A model generated the notes under the pieces. The model searched no databases. It saw nothing but the letters and a program-made list of their open reading frames with translations, and had not been told where the DNA came from. Below are positions 49,139 through 56,894 of a DNA stretch of 64,000 bases, piece after piece. Origin of the DNA: Candidatus Shapirobacteria bacterium. GTDB lineage: Bacteria > Patescibacteriota > Microgenomatia > UBA12405. How positions within the stretch are numbered: the stretch's first letter is position 1; every line of letters begins with the position of its first letter. Location: the NCBI GenBank assembly GCA_022837635.1, contig JALHFY010000001.1, forward strand, positions 454,512 to 518,511, in the 5' to 3' direction. The position numbers and the translations under genes are program-made.

Positions 49139-50477
49139 TTAAGAGAAAATCAGGTAAAGGGGAAAACGTATGCCATAGTTGGAAAGGAAGCTTTCCTGAA
49201 AAAAGATCTCGATGGTAAGGTAAATCATAATTTTTAAAGACACGACGAGAAGGCACCAGAATATATTCAGAATTATTGATAAGTGGTTCTAAGAGAGTAG
49301 GATCATAGTTATAAAAATCATAATTAGTAACTTGAAAATTACCTGACAGGGGTAAATTGACGACATTACCCGACTCAGACAAAATAATTGAATTTTGAGG
49401 AATATTTTTTAAGATAAAATCTGAAGCTTGGACCCGAGTATCGGGTAAAAAATAATTAGCAAAAAATAATATTCCTGGTAAAATGGCCAGAAAAATGAGT
49501 TTGGGAAATTTTTTAAGTAAAGGCAAAGATAAAAGAGGTAAAAGAAAAAATAAGGGTGACATAAAACGGGTCCATTTAACATAAAGTTGGCCAAAGTAAA
49601 GAAAATAAACTAAAGAAGAAAGTGCCACAATAAGATTAAGTTTGTTGGAAAAAATTTTTTTAATATTTTTGAGAGAAAATAAACTAAAAATAATAACGGG
49701 TAAACCATTAGTGTAGGGGAAAATTTTAGTAAGCTGGAAAATGTATGGCCAGGTGTCGGCAAATTGTTGGGTGTAAAAAACTGGTAGTTGACCACTAGCA
49801 ACTCCGGTTTCATATTTCATAGAAGAAAGGAAATCAGGCCAAAGAATGAGACTATAAGGAGAAAAAAGTACTGCCAATAGTAGAGTTAAGATTAAAAAAG
49901 GGAGAATTAAATAAAAATTCTGAAAAAGTAATACCAATAAAATAGGACCGGTAAAAATAATTCCAGAAAGTTTGGTGGCCAAAGCAACAGCACTAACGAC
50001 AGAAGCCCATAAAAAATATTTCAATTTGAGCTTGTTTAACATGAGTTTAGCCAGATAGAGATTGATGGCAAAAGTTAAAATCAGTAAAGATTCGGTAGTA
50101 CCGAAATGGGCCAATTGAATTAATCCGGGGGTAAAAATAAGTAAAATAATAAATTTTAAGTTGGGATAAATTTTGTAGAAAAAATAGAGGGAAAGTAAAG
50201 AAAAAAGAGCGGAATAAAATCTTAAAATAAAAACGGAATTGGCAAAATCATTATCAAGACCTAAAAATTTGAGAGTAAAAAAGCCTAAATATAGAGGAAA
50301 TTGACCGTAAGCAAAAAAACGAGGGTTAAGATCTGATAGCTTGAGTTGAGATAAAGATGAGGCCATATTGTTCTCATCAGGGTGAAAAAAATGGCCATCA
50401 CCCCACTTTAATCCAAAAAAACGAGTAAAGATAGCTAGAAAAACAACAATAGTAAGAAAATATTTTTTAGAGGACAT
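49059..50477 (-). CDS. GT-C-fold glycosyltransferase, PMT/ArnT-like, paralog 2
   Basis: Polytopic. First loop ...LKWGDGHFFHPDENNMAS... Same architecture as the downstream paralog. Overlaps it by 80 nt. Confidence 0.6.
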   Translation of the reverse strand: MSSKKYFLTIVVFLAIFTRFFGLKWGDGHFFHPDENNMASSLSQLKLSDLNPRFFAYGQFPLYLGFFTLKFLGLDNDFANSVFILRFYSALFSLLSLYFFYKIYPNLKFIILLIFTPGLIQLAHFGTTESLLILTFAINLYLAKLMLNKLKLKYFLWASVVSAVALATKLSGIIFTGPILLVLLFQNFYLILPFLILTLLLAVLFSPYSLILWPDFLSSMKYETGVASGQLPVFYTQQFADTWPYIFQLTKIFPYTNGLPVIIFSLFSLKNIKKIFSNKLNLIVALSSLVYFLYFGQLYVKWTRFMSPLFFLLPLLSLPLLKKFPKLIFLAILPGILFFANYFLPDTRVQASDFILKNIPQNSIILSESGNVVNLPLSGNFQVTNYDFYNYDPTLLEPLINNSEYILVPSRRVFKNYDLPYHRDLFSGKLPFQLWHTFSPLPDFLLNGENAEETWTVFDRPTIRLYQHDSHH

Positions 50478-51372
50478 AGATGATAGTAATTATCATCAGA
50501 CCCCAGAGAATAATCGAGGCCAATAGCGGAATGTCGGTAGCAATAACTCTTTCTGGACGCTCCCCTTCCTGCATCTCAAAAATAATTTGACCGTAGCGCA
50601 TAATGCCAAAGATGGTTGGGATTAAAGTAACCATCCACCATTTTCTGTCTAAAGCAGCCGGGTAATTTTCTACTAAAAATTCATGAATAATACCACCGAA
50701 ACTGATAGGTTCAGCCAAAAAGGTAAACATGGCATAACAAATAAGGGTGCAGACAGCAAAAATGGTAGTGTAAAAATTCAAAAGGCTTTTATTATAACCT
50801 TCAAGAGCCTTGCGAGTACTGCGACCACTGCGATAAAGCTCACTACGTCTTTTGCCACTAGCTATAAACAAAGATAGAAAAATAACTGCTAACATAATCC
50901 AAACCGGCAAATGATAGCCACTGGCTATTTCACCAGCATAAGTACGAATAATAAAAAAGAGAGCAATACCCATAATGTCCAAAAGTGCTTTCTTTTTAAT
51001 GAAAAAGGAGTAGCTATATTGGAGAAAAATAAAGATAATCGCCAAGCTAAAGAAAGTAGAATTAACCCGAGAAGCAAAGAAAAGTCCCACTAAAAAAAGT
51101 ATGACAGCAGTAATAATGGCGGTTTTTTGGGTAATCGCACCTCGAGCTAAAGGACGGTTTTTTTTGACTGGGTGTAATCTGTCTTTATCAACATCAACCA
51201 GATCATTAACTAAGTAAGAAGATGAAGATAAAAGACAAAAACTAATAAAGGCTAGAAGGCTGGGAAAAAAAGCACTACTGTTGAATAATTGTCCGGTAAG
51301 AATCACTGCCGCAAAAACACTGAGATTCTTGATCCATTGGTTGGGACGAAGAGATTGAATTAGAGCTGACAC
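50467..51372 (-). CDS. UbiA-family prenyltransferase, decaprenyl-phosphate phosphoribosyltransferase (DPPR synthase)-like
   Basis: ...SYLVNDLVDVDKDRLHPVKKNRPLARGAI (NDxxDxxxD). About 8 TM helices. 301 aa. Confidence 0.7.
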   Translation of the reverse strand: MSALIQSLRPNQWIKNLSVFAAVILTGQLFNSSAFFPSLLAFISFCLLSSSSYLVNDLVDVDKDRLHPVKKNRPLARGAITQKTAIITAVILFLVGLFFASRVNSTFFSLAIIFIFLQYSYSFFIKKKALLDIMGIALFFIIRTYAGEIASGYHLPVWIMLAVIFLSLFIASGKRRSELYRSGRSTRKALEGYNKSLLNFYTTIFAVCTLICYAMFTFLAEPISFGGIIHEFLVENYPAALDRKWWMVTLIPTIFGIMRYGQIIFEMQEGERPERVIATDIPLLASIILWGLMIITIIYVL

Positions 51373-51373
51373 A

Positions 51374-52324
51374 CTACAATAATATCAAAAAGCCAAGGAG
51401 AGTGATGATGCCACCAATGATTCCTAAGAATTGTGATGGGAATTCTACCCCAGATTTAGGCAGAATAATGCGGGTGGGAGTGGGTTCCTCGGCAATAACC
51501 TGAGTGGGTACTGGAGTATTGGTTGGAGGAATTGGGGTATTGGTGGGTTGCGGAGCATTGGTTGGTGGGATAGGTGTGGAAGTTGGTTGAGGTGTATTGG
51601 TTGGAGGCACAGGAGTGGGGGTGGGAGTGTTGGTAGGCACTGGAGTATTGGTGGGTTTGGGGGTAGAAGTTGGTTTAGGAGTAGAAGTTGGGATGGGGGT
51701 ATTGGTAGGTTTGGGAGTAGAAGTTGGGATGGGGGTATTGGTAGGAATAACCGGAGCTGGTTCATAACCAAAAATAATCAACCAGTCATTAAAATCATAA
51801 TCCTGAGTAATATCATCGATGACAGCATCTGCCCAGCATTGGATCTGATGAGGACCATCTGATTCCTGTTGGGCGCGAGTGATTTCATTACTTATAGGGA
51901 TGACTGCATTACCATTTTTGCCACAGGTATTACCTGGGGGATTTGGAGCTACCCAACCATAAGCATCGGCAGGATCTCGACTGGCCCTAACTGATAATTT
52001 GTATGTAGCTGGAACAGAACTAGTGCTGAGTAACTGGGAAAAAACTTTAGTAGAATTGATTAGCATGGGGGAGCTACCAGTATTTACCGAGATGACATCG
52101 TTGGGGTTGGCAGTGTTTTGAAGGCGAATAGTAAAGGAATTATCTGAAATTTTAGCAGTGAAAAACATTTTCACTGATTTATTGGCAGCAAAGGTAACAT
52201 GTGGTGGATCAACTCGACTCCTGTCTATGGCTAAACGACGTCTATCCTGATTTTGTTTAACTAAAAATAAAGCCCCTCCTAGAGAAAATAAAAAGAACAG
52301 AAGACTAAGTATTTTGTATTTCAT
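51374..52324 (-). CDS. Secreted protein with an N-terminal globular domain, a long Pro/Thr-rich repeat linker and a C-terminal hydrophobic anchor
   Basis: Signal peptide MKYKILSLLFFLFSLGGALFLV. ...PTNTPIPTSTPKPTNTPIPTSTPKPTSTPKPT... End ...ILPKSGVEFPSQFLGIIGGIITLLGFLILL. Confidence 0.6.
   Translation of the reverse strand: MKYKILSLLFFLFSLGGALFLVKQNQDRRRLAIDRSRVDPPHVTFAANKSVKMFFTAKISDNSFTIRLQNTANPNDVISVNTGSSPMLINSTKVFSQLLSTSSVPATYKLSVRASRDPADAYGWVAPNPPGNTCGKNGNAVIPISNEITRAQQESDGPHQIQCWADAVIDDITQDYDFNDWLIIFGYEPAPVIPTNTPIPTSTPKPTNTPIPTSTPKPTSTPKPTNTPVPTNTPTPTPVPPTNTPQPTSTPIPPTNAPQPTNTPIPPTNTPVPTQVIAEEPTPTRIILPKSGVEFPSQFLGIIGGIITLLGFLILL
51500..51757 (-). repeat. Degenerate tandem repeats encoding P-T-N-T-P-I/K-P-T-S units, including a perfect 36-nt tandem duplication (about 51681-51752)
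   Basis: gtagaagttgggatgggggtattggtaggtttggga occurs twice in tandem. Explains spurious ORFs 51445..51771(-) and 51548..51862(+). Confidence 0.8.
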
Positions 52325-53583
52325 GGTCGATAGTAATATAAGGATATACCAAATAGGGTCATGGCTGCAACAATTATAATGGCGGTAGGCAAAGAATTAC
52401 CACTTTGGTAAAGAGTAGAGGCGGTGGAAATGTCAGCAGTTTTGACGGTAGGTATCGGTGTAGTTGTTGGACTAGGTGGTGATTGGGTAGGTGTTGGAGT
52501 GAGAGTAGCAATAGGTTGAGTGGGAATTAGAGTGGCTGAAGGTGTAGCTGTAAAAGCAATATTACTATTGTTTTGAGTTTGAGAAGAGACATTAAAATTG
52601 ATACTGATAGTATTTTGGGCATCAGAGATAGAAAGCTGATGATCACCTAAAAACAAATCTGTAGCTGGTGACCAATGCCAGGTGTTATCAGCCGGAACGT
52701 GTACTTGGAAAGCCTGATTATCCAAAACTAAGCGGAGGTTGGTACCAGCGGTGGCTTGACCAAAGATATCCGGCCTGCGAGTAGTGATGGTTTCATTGTT
52801 TTTGGGACTAGTAAGACTAAGTGGTACTGAAATAGTTTGCGAAGAAGGAGTGTTGACAGGTAAAGAAGCTACAGAGCGAGTGGATAAATTTTGTTCAGTT
52901 TGGCCAAAAATAATGTCGGGAACAGGATCATTGTTGTCAGTGGTATTGTTAAGAGAAGTAACTTTGTTTTCTGGAGAATAGACAATAATTTCTTCATCAA
53001 GATTGTTGGGAGGAATAAACCAGTTATTAGTTTTGTCGTTAAAACTGTTGGCAAAGGAAATATTCCATTGACCTTCACGGTTGGTAATGGCTGATAAAGT
53101 TTGGCTACCAGGAATATTCAAGTAAACTATAGCTCCAGGCAAGGGAGTTCGGTCAGGGTTAAGTACCTTACCCCAAGCCAAATTAGAAACAGGCACAGAA
53201 CCAGGTGGTTTGAGACCAGTTTTGAGAGTGTAAGAAGATGAGTTGTAATTTTGTCCGCCTGAAATAATGGTCCATTTGTAAGTAGTGTCAGAGGCTAAAT
53301 TACTAACCTGAAAATAATGTGAAAATTCTGAAGGAGAAATATCAGAAACGATCTGACCATTAACTGAGAGAGTTGACTTACAATTTTTGCCAGTAGTTAG
53401 GAATGAATAATCAAATGATGAGTGAGTTAGATTAGTAAACTGAGGATTGATAGGTTCACAACTAGGGCTAGCATCTGAACGAAGGCTGGTTTTTTTGGTT
53501 GTGAGAAAAACTCCTGCTATCAAAATAATCAGCAGAAAAAAAATTCCTAAAATAGTCGGAAGTGTTTTAACGCCTTTTTTCAA
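52321..53583 (-). CDS. Secreted/anchored surface protein with FN3-like and CarboxypepD_reg/Cna-B-like beta-sandwich domains, a PT-rich segment and a C-terminal TM anchor
   Basis: N-terminal anchor LPTILGIFFLLIILIAGVF. ...WGKVLNPDRTPLPGAIVYLNIPGSQTLSAITNREGQWNISF. C-terminal ...TPTPTQSPPSPTTTPIPT...LPTAIIIVAAMTLFGISLYYYRP. Confidence 0.55.
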   Translation of the reverse strand: MKKGVKTLPTILGIFFLLIILIAGVFLTTKKTSLRSDASPSCEPINPQFTNLTHSSFDYSFLTTGKNCKSTLSVNGQIVSDISPSEFSHYFQVSNLASDTTYKWTIISGGQNYNSSSYTLKTGLKPPGSVPVSNLAWGKVLNPDRTPLPGAIVYLNIPGSQTLSAITNREGQWNISFANSFNDKTNNWFIPPNNLDEEIIVYSPENKVTSLNNTTDNNDPVPDIIFGQTEQNLSTRSVASLPVNTPSSQTISVPLSLTSPKNNETITTRRPDIFGQATAGTNLRLVLDNQAFQVHVPADNTWHWSPATDLFLGDHQLSISDAQNTISINFNVSSQTQNNSNIAFTATPSATLIPTQPIATLTPTPTQSPPSPTTTPIPTVKTADISTASTLYQSGNSLPTAIIIVAAMTLFGISLYYYRP

Positions 53584-53761
53584 TCTGATCTAAAACCTGA
53601 ATATTTAAGTTAGGTGAAACTGTCTTGATAAGACTGTAGTCCTCTTGGTGAGTGGAAGCAGAGATTAAGTTTTCATAACTTTTTTGAACAACGAAGAAAA
53701 AGACAGCAATGCAAGTGAGAAGACTAACAAGAATAAAATAACGAGAAAATTGTTTTTTCAT
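53567..53761 (-). CDS. Small single-TM protein
   Basis: 64 aa. YFILVSLLTCIAVFFFVV. Confidence 0.3.
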   Translation of the reverse strand: MKKQFSRYFILVSLLTCIAVFFFVVQKSYENLISASTHQEDYSLIKTVSPNLNIQVLDQIEKRR

Positions 53762-54342
53762 TTCGGCCAGTAATAAACGTTTAAGGGTAAGGAAAGATTG
53801 ATTTGTTGGCCACTACTACTAGCTTCATCAACAGAAAAACTGAGATTATTTAGATCTAAAAGACGACGGCTTTGAAAGAGCTCAGTTAAAAAAGCCATGG
53901 TAGAAGCAAAAGAACTGTTCTGATTTAAGCTGGCTTTGTAAAAAATTTCCTCTTCAGGTAGGTTATATTGTATTTTATTGAAATAAATTTGGTTTTGGGC
54001 TGCAGCAGAAGTAATCAAGGAATTGAGGTTATAAAAACTGGGGTGACTAGGGAGGCTTTCATCAACCAGAAAATATTTTTCTTGAACTTGAGCAAAAAGA
54101 TCCTGGGCAGCAATAATGTCATCGATTTTTTTACGGAGTTGAACTGTGAGAGTTTTTTTATGGCGAATTTCTCCAACTAATTTGGAAATAGTAAAAAAAG
54201 TTGGTTTGATAGCAAAGAAGATGAAAAAAGTGATTAAAAGAAAGGTACCGCCAATTTCTAAGGATCTAGCAAACTTTTGATCTTCCCGCTTTTTTCGCAG
54301 ATAAGCAAACAAGGGACTAAGGTTAGAAAAACTAGGCTTCAC
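53758..54342 (-). CDS. PilO-like bitopic protein (short N-terminus, TM, coiled coil, C-terminal domain)
   Basis: Architecture only. TM TFLLITFFIFFAIKPTFFTI followed by a coiled-coil. Confidence 0.35.
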   Translation of the reverse strand: MKPSFSNLSPLFAYLRKKREDQKFARSLEIGGTFLLITFFIFFAIKPTFFTISKLVGEIRHKKTLTVQLRKKIDDIIAAQDLFAQVQEKYFLVDESLPSHPSFYNLNSLITSAAAQNQIYFNKIQYNLPEEEIFYKASLNQNSSFASTMAFLTELFQSRRLLDLNNLSFSVDEASSSGQQINLSLPLNVYYWPK

Positions 54343-54898
54343 TTTGCTTAAAACTAATAACTACATCAAGATAATATTTATTATCTCGACTTTTCTTTTC
54401 AATACGGCGAACATCAATACTCTTAATATCAGGATTAAGAGAAGCATTGGTAATAAAATTAATGAGAGAACTTTCTTGATAGGAATAAAGCTGAGCCAGA
54501 CAACTTAAATCTGATTTTTCTGGTTGTTTCTTAAAAGAGAGACTTTGAAAAAAGATATCATTAGGGACGGTATTAACTAGAGAGCGGATATAACGGGTAA
54601 AATCAGGTGTATTTTTGTAAAATTTATCAATGTAATTGAGACGTTCCTGAAGAGAAAGATAATCTTTTTCAAATTCCTTGGTGCTAGTAATAATAGCCTT
54701 TTGTTGTCGTAGAGTCTCTGAAAGATCAGCATTTTCTCTGTCCAGCCAAAAACGAGAGAGGAAAGCAAGAATAACAATTAACTCTGTAAAAACAATGACT
54801 ACCCGACCAACCCCAGTAGCCCAGCGCAAAAAACGCGCTAAGGGGCTCTGGCTATTTTCTTCTTGTGGCAGTAAGGATATCTCCTTTTTGGGAGGCAT
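54332..54898 (-). CDS. PilN-like bitopic protein
   Basis: Architecture only. About 30-aa cytoplasmic N-terminus, TM VVIVFTELIVILAFLSRFW, coiled coil. Confidence 0.35.
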   Translation of the reverse strand: MPPKKEISLLPQEENSQSPLARFLRWATGVGRVVIVFTELIVILAFLSRFWLDRENADLSETLRQQKAIITSTKEFEKDYLSLQERLNYIDKFYKNTPDFTRYIRSLVNTVPNDIFFQSLSFKKQPEKSDLSCLAQLYSYQESSLINFITNASLNPDIKSIDVRRIEKKSRDNKYYLDVVISFKQSEA

Positions 54899-54922
54899 AT
54901 ACTATCAGTATAGACAAAAAAA

Positions 54923-56530
54923 TCAGGAAAAGAAACGTAAGAGACGCTTTAAATAGGACTTAAAATGTTCATATTCAGGAGAGCGTAAAAGCGAGGTAGT
55001 TAAAACAAAGCTACTAAGTCCGAAAATGACGGAAATTGCAAAAATAATGATGACATTGATAGTTCGGCTAGTGTCAAAGACAAAAAGATCTAAAATTCTA
55101 ATAATTATCCAAGCAAAAAAACTACCAACACCGGTAGCTAGAATAATTTTAAGCAAATTAAGATAGCTTCCATGCCAATCATGACCATCAACCCGCTTGA
55201 GAAAAACTATGAAGAGAGTTAAGGATTGAACTAAGTTGGCGCTGGAAGCAGCCACAGCTAAAGCAACGATACCTAAATTGGTAAAACGCAAGAGAAGATA
55301 GCTAAGAATCACGTTGACACTTAATGATAAAGCAGAAATTTTGAAAGGAGTTTTAGTATCGTGAAGGGCATAAAAAGAGCGAATAAGAATCTGAATAACT
55401 ACCTGACAAATAATGGCTGGGGTTAAAAAGGCTAAAGTGCGGGCAGTTAGTAATGTGGCTGACCAAGGGAATTGTTTGCTACCAAAGGCAATACGGACAA
55501 TAGCTAATCGATCAATTAAAGTAATGGCGGCAATAGGTACAGTAATATACAAGCCTTGGAGAATGGCCCTACGGACAGTTTGGCGAAAAAGATTGAGCTG
55601 ATTTTTAGCGACATTTTTGGAAAGAACCGGCAGCGAAGCTTGACCAACAGTAGTCCCAAAGATTCGACTGGGAAGATAAATAAGTTGAAGAGCTAGGTTT
55701 AATAAAGAAAGTGAACCGGCAGTCAAACCTGAAGCAAAAAAGAGGGTAACAGTATTTTCAATTTCAGATAAACCCAAAGAGAGGGTACGAGGAATCATCA
55801 GACGAATAATATCTCTGACACCCTGAAGTTTAAGACTTAAAATTGGACTATAAATAAAACCGGATTTCAAGATGGCGGGAAATTGAATAGCCATGTGAAA
55901 GAAAGCACCAATAACTGCCCCATAAACAACTCCATGAATACCGAAGAGAGGAGCTAAGGTAAAAATACTAATGATAATAGCTAAATTATAAATAATTGGC
56001 GAAAGAGCTGGCAAAATAAAATTTTGTTTAACCTGGAGAATGGCCGTCAAAAAATTACTGATTAAAAAGAAGATTTGAGCTAATAAAAGAATTCTGGTTA
56101 AGTTGGCCATGAGTTTGATCTGTTCAGAACTAAAACCTTTGGCGATAATCTGGGATAAAGGAGTGGCAAAAATAAAGGCAAAAACGGAAATAATGATGAA
56201 AACAACTAAAAGTAAATTAATCACGGCCGAAGCGGTTAAGTAAGCTTCTTTTTTGTTTTTGTGTAAAAGGCCACTAAAAACCGGAATAAAGGAGGCAGAA
56301 AGAGCGCCGGTAACTAAAAGTTTGAAAATGAGATCGGGAATTCTGAAAGCAGCGTTGTAAGCATCCAATTCTAGAACACAACATTTGAAAAAGGCAGAAT
56401 ATAGAAATCGAGTTCTAAGAAAACCTAGTAGGGCAGAAATTAAAAAGGTAATAGCCAAAACCATGGTGGCGGAAAAGATACTTTTTTGGCGCTGAGCCAA
56501 AATGGATTTTAAGTTGAAGTGAAAAGACAT
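54923..56530 (-). CDS. murJ: Lipid II flippase MurJ (MviN, MOP superfamily)
   Basis: ...LGFLRTRFLYSAFF...LDAYNAAFRIPDLIFKLLVTGALSASFIPVFS... 14 TM helices. Confidence 0.85.
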   Translation of the reverse strand: MSFHFNLKSILAQRQKSIFSATMVLAITFLISALLGFLRTRFLYSAFFKCCVLELDAYNAAFRIPDLIFKLLVTGALSASFIPVFSGLLHKNKKEAYLTASAVINLLLVVFIIISVFAFIFATPLSQIIAKGFSSEQIKLMANLTRILLLAQIFFLISNFLTAILQVKQNFILPALSPIIYNLAIIISIFTLAPLFGIHGVVYGAVIGAFFHMAIQFPAILKSGFIYSPILSLKLQGVRDIIRLMIPRTLSLGLSEIENTVTLFFASGLTAGSLSLLNLALQLIYLPSRIFGTTVGQASLPVLSKNVAKNQLNLFRQTVRRAILQGLYITVPIAAITLIDRLAIVRIAFGSKQFPWSATLLTARTLAFLTPAIICQVVIQILIRSFYALHDTKTPFKISALSLSVNVILSYLLLRFTNLGIVALAVAASSANLVQSLTLFIVFLKRVDGHDWHGSYLNLLKIILATGVGSFFAWIIIRILDLFVFDTSRTINVIIIFAISVIFGLSSFVLTTSLLRSPEYEHFKSYLKRLLRFFS

Positions 56531-56589
56531 AGGCTTATTGCTATTGTAGATTATTGTAAATGGAATGGCGATAGGCTAAAATAAAGTCT

Positions 56590-56886
56590 ATGCCAATCGG
56601 AAGATCTGCAAAAAAATCATTGAGAAAATCAATCAAAAACAAAAGAGTTAATAATGCTTTTAAGATTAAAATAAAGGCAAGTATTAAAAAATTTTTAGAA
56701 AAGCCGGATCAAAAATCTCTAAATGAGATTAATTCTTTGCTGGATAAAGCGCTGAAGAAGAATATTTTCAAGAAAAATAAAGTGGCTAGATTAAAATCAA
56801 GATACTCACGAAAAGTTGAAGTCAAAAAAGTAATCCCCAAAAAAGCTACACCAAAGAAGGTCGTCAAAAAGACCAAAAAGATGTAG
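56590..56886 (+). CDS. rpsT: 30S ribosomal protein S20 (with a Lys-rich C-terminal extension)
   Basis: MPIGRSAKKSLRKSIKNKRVNNAFKIKIK...ALKKNIFKKNKVARLKSRYSRKV. Confidence 0.85.
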   Translation: MPIGRSAKKSLRKSIKNKRVNNAFKIKIKASIKKFLEKPDQKSLNEINSLLDKALKKNIFKKNKVARLKSRYSRKVEVKKVIPKKATPKKVVKKTKKM

Positions 56887-56894
56887 GCTTTTTT

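Noticed and set aside
51445-51862. ORFs 51445..51771(-) and 51548..51862(+) with Pro/Leu- or Gly/Arg/Trp-rich translations
   Set aside because: Out-of-frame and antisense translations of the PT-repeat array of the 51374..52324 gene.
52321-53583. C-terminal ...NSLPTAIIIVAAMTLFGISLYYYRP as an LPxTG sortase signal
   Set aside because: The motif is LPTA with no Gly and is immediately continuous with the hydrophobic helix. More simply a C-terminal TM anchor.
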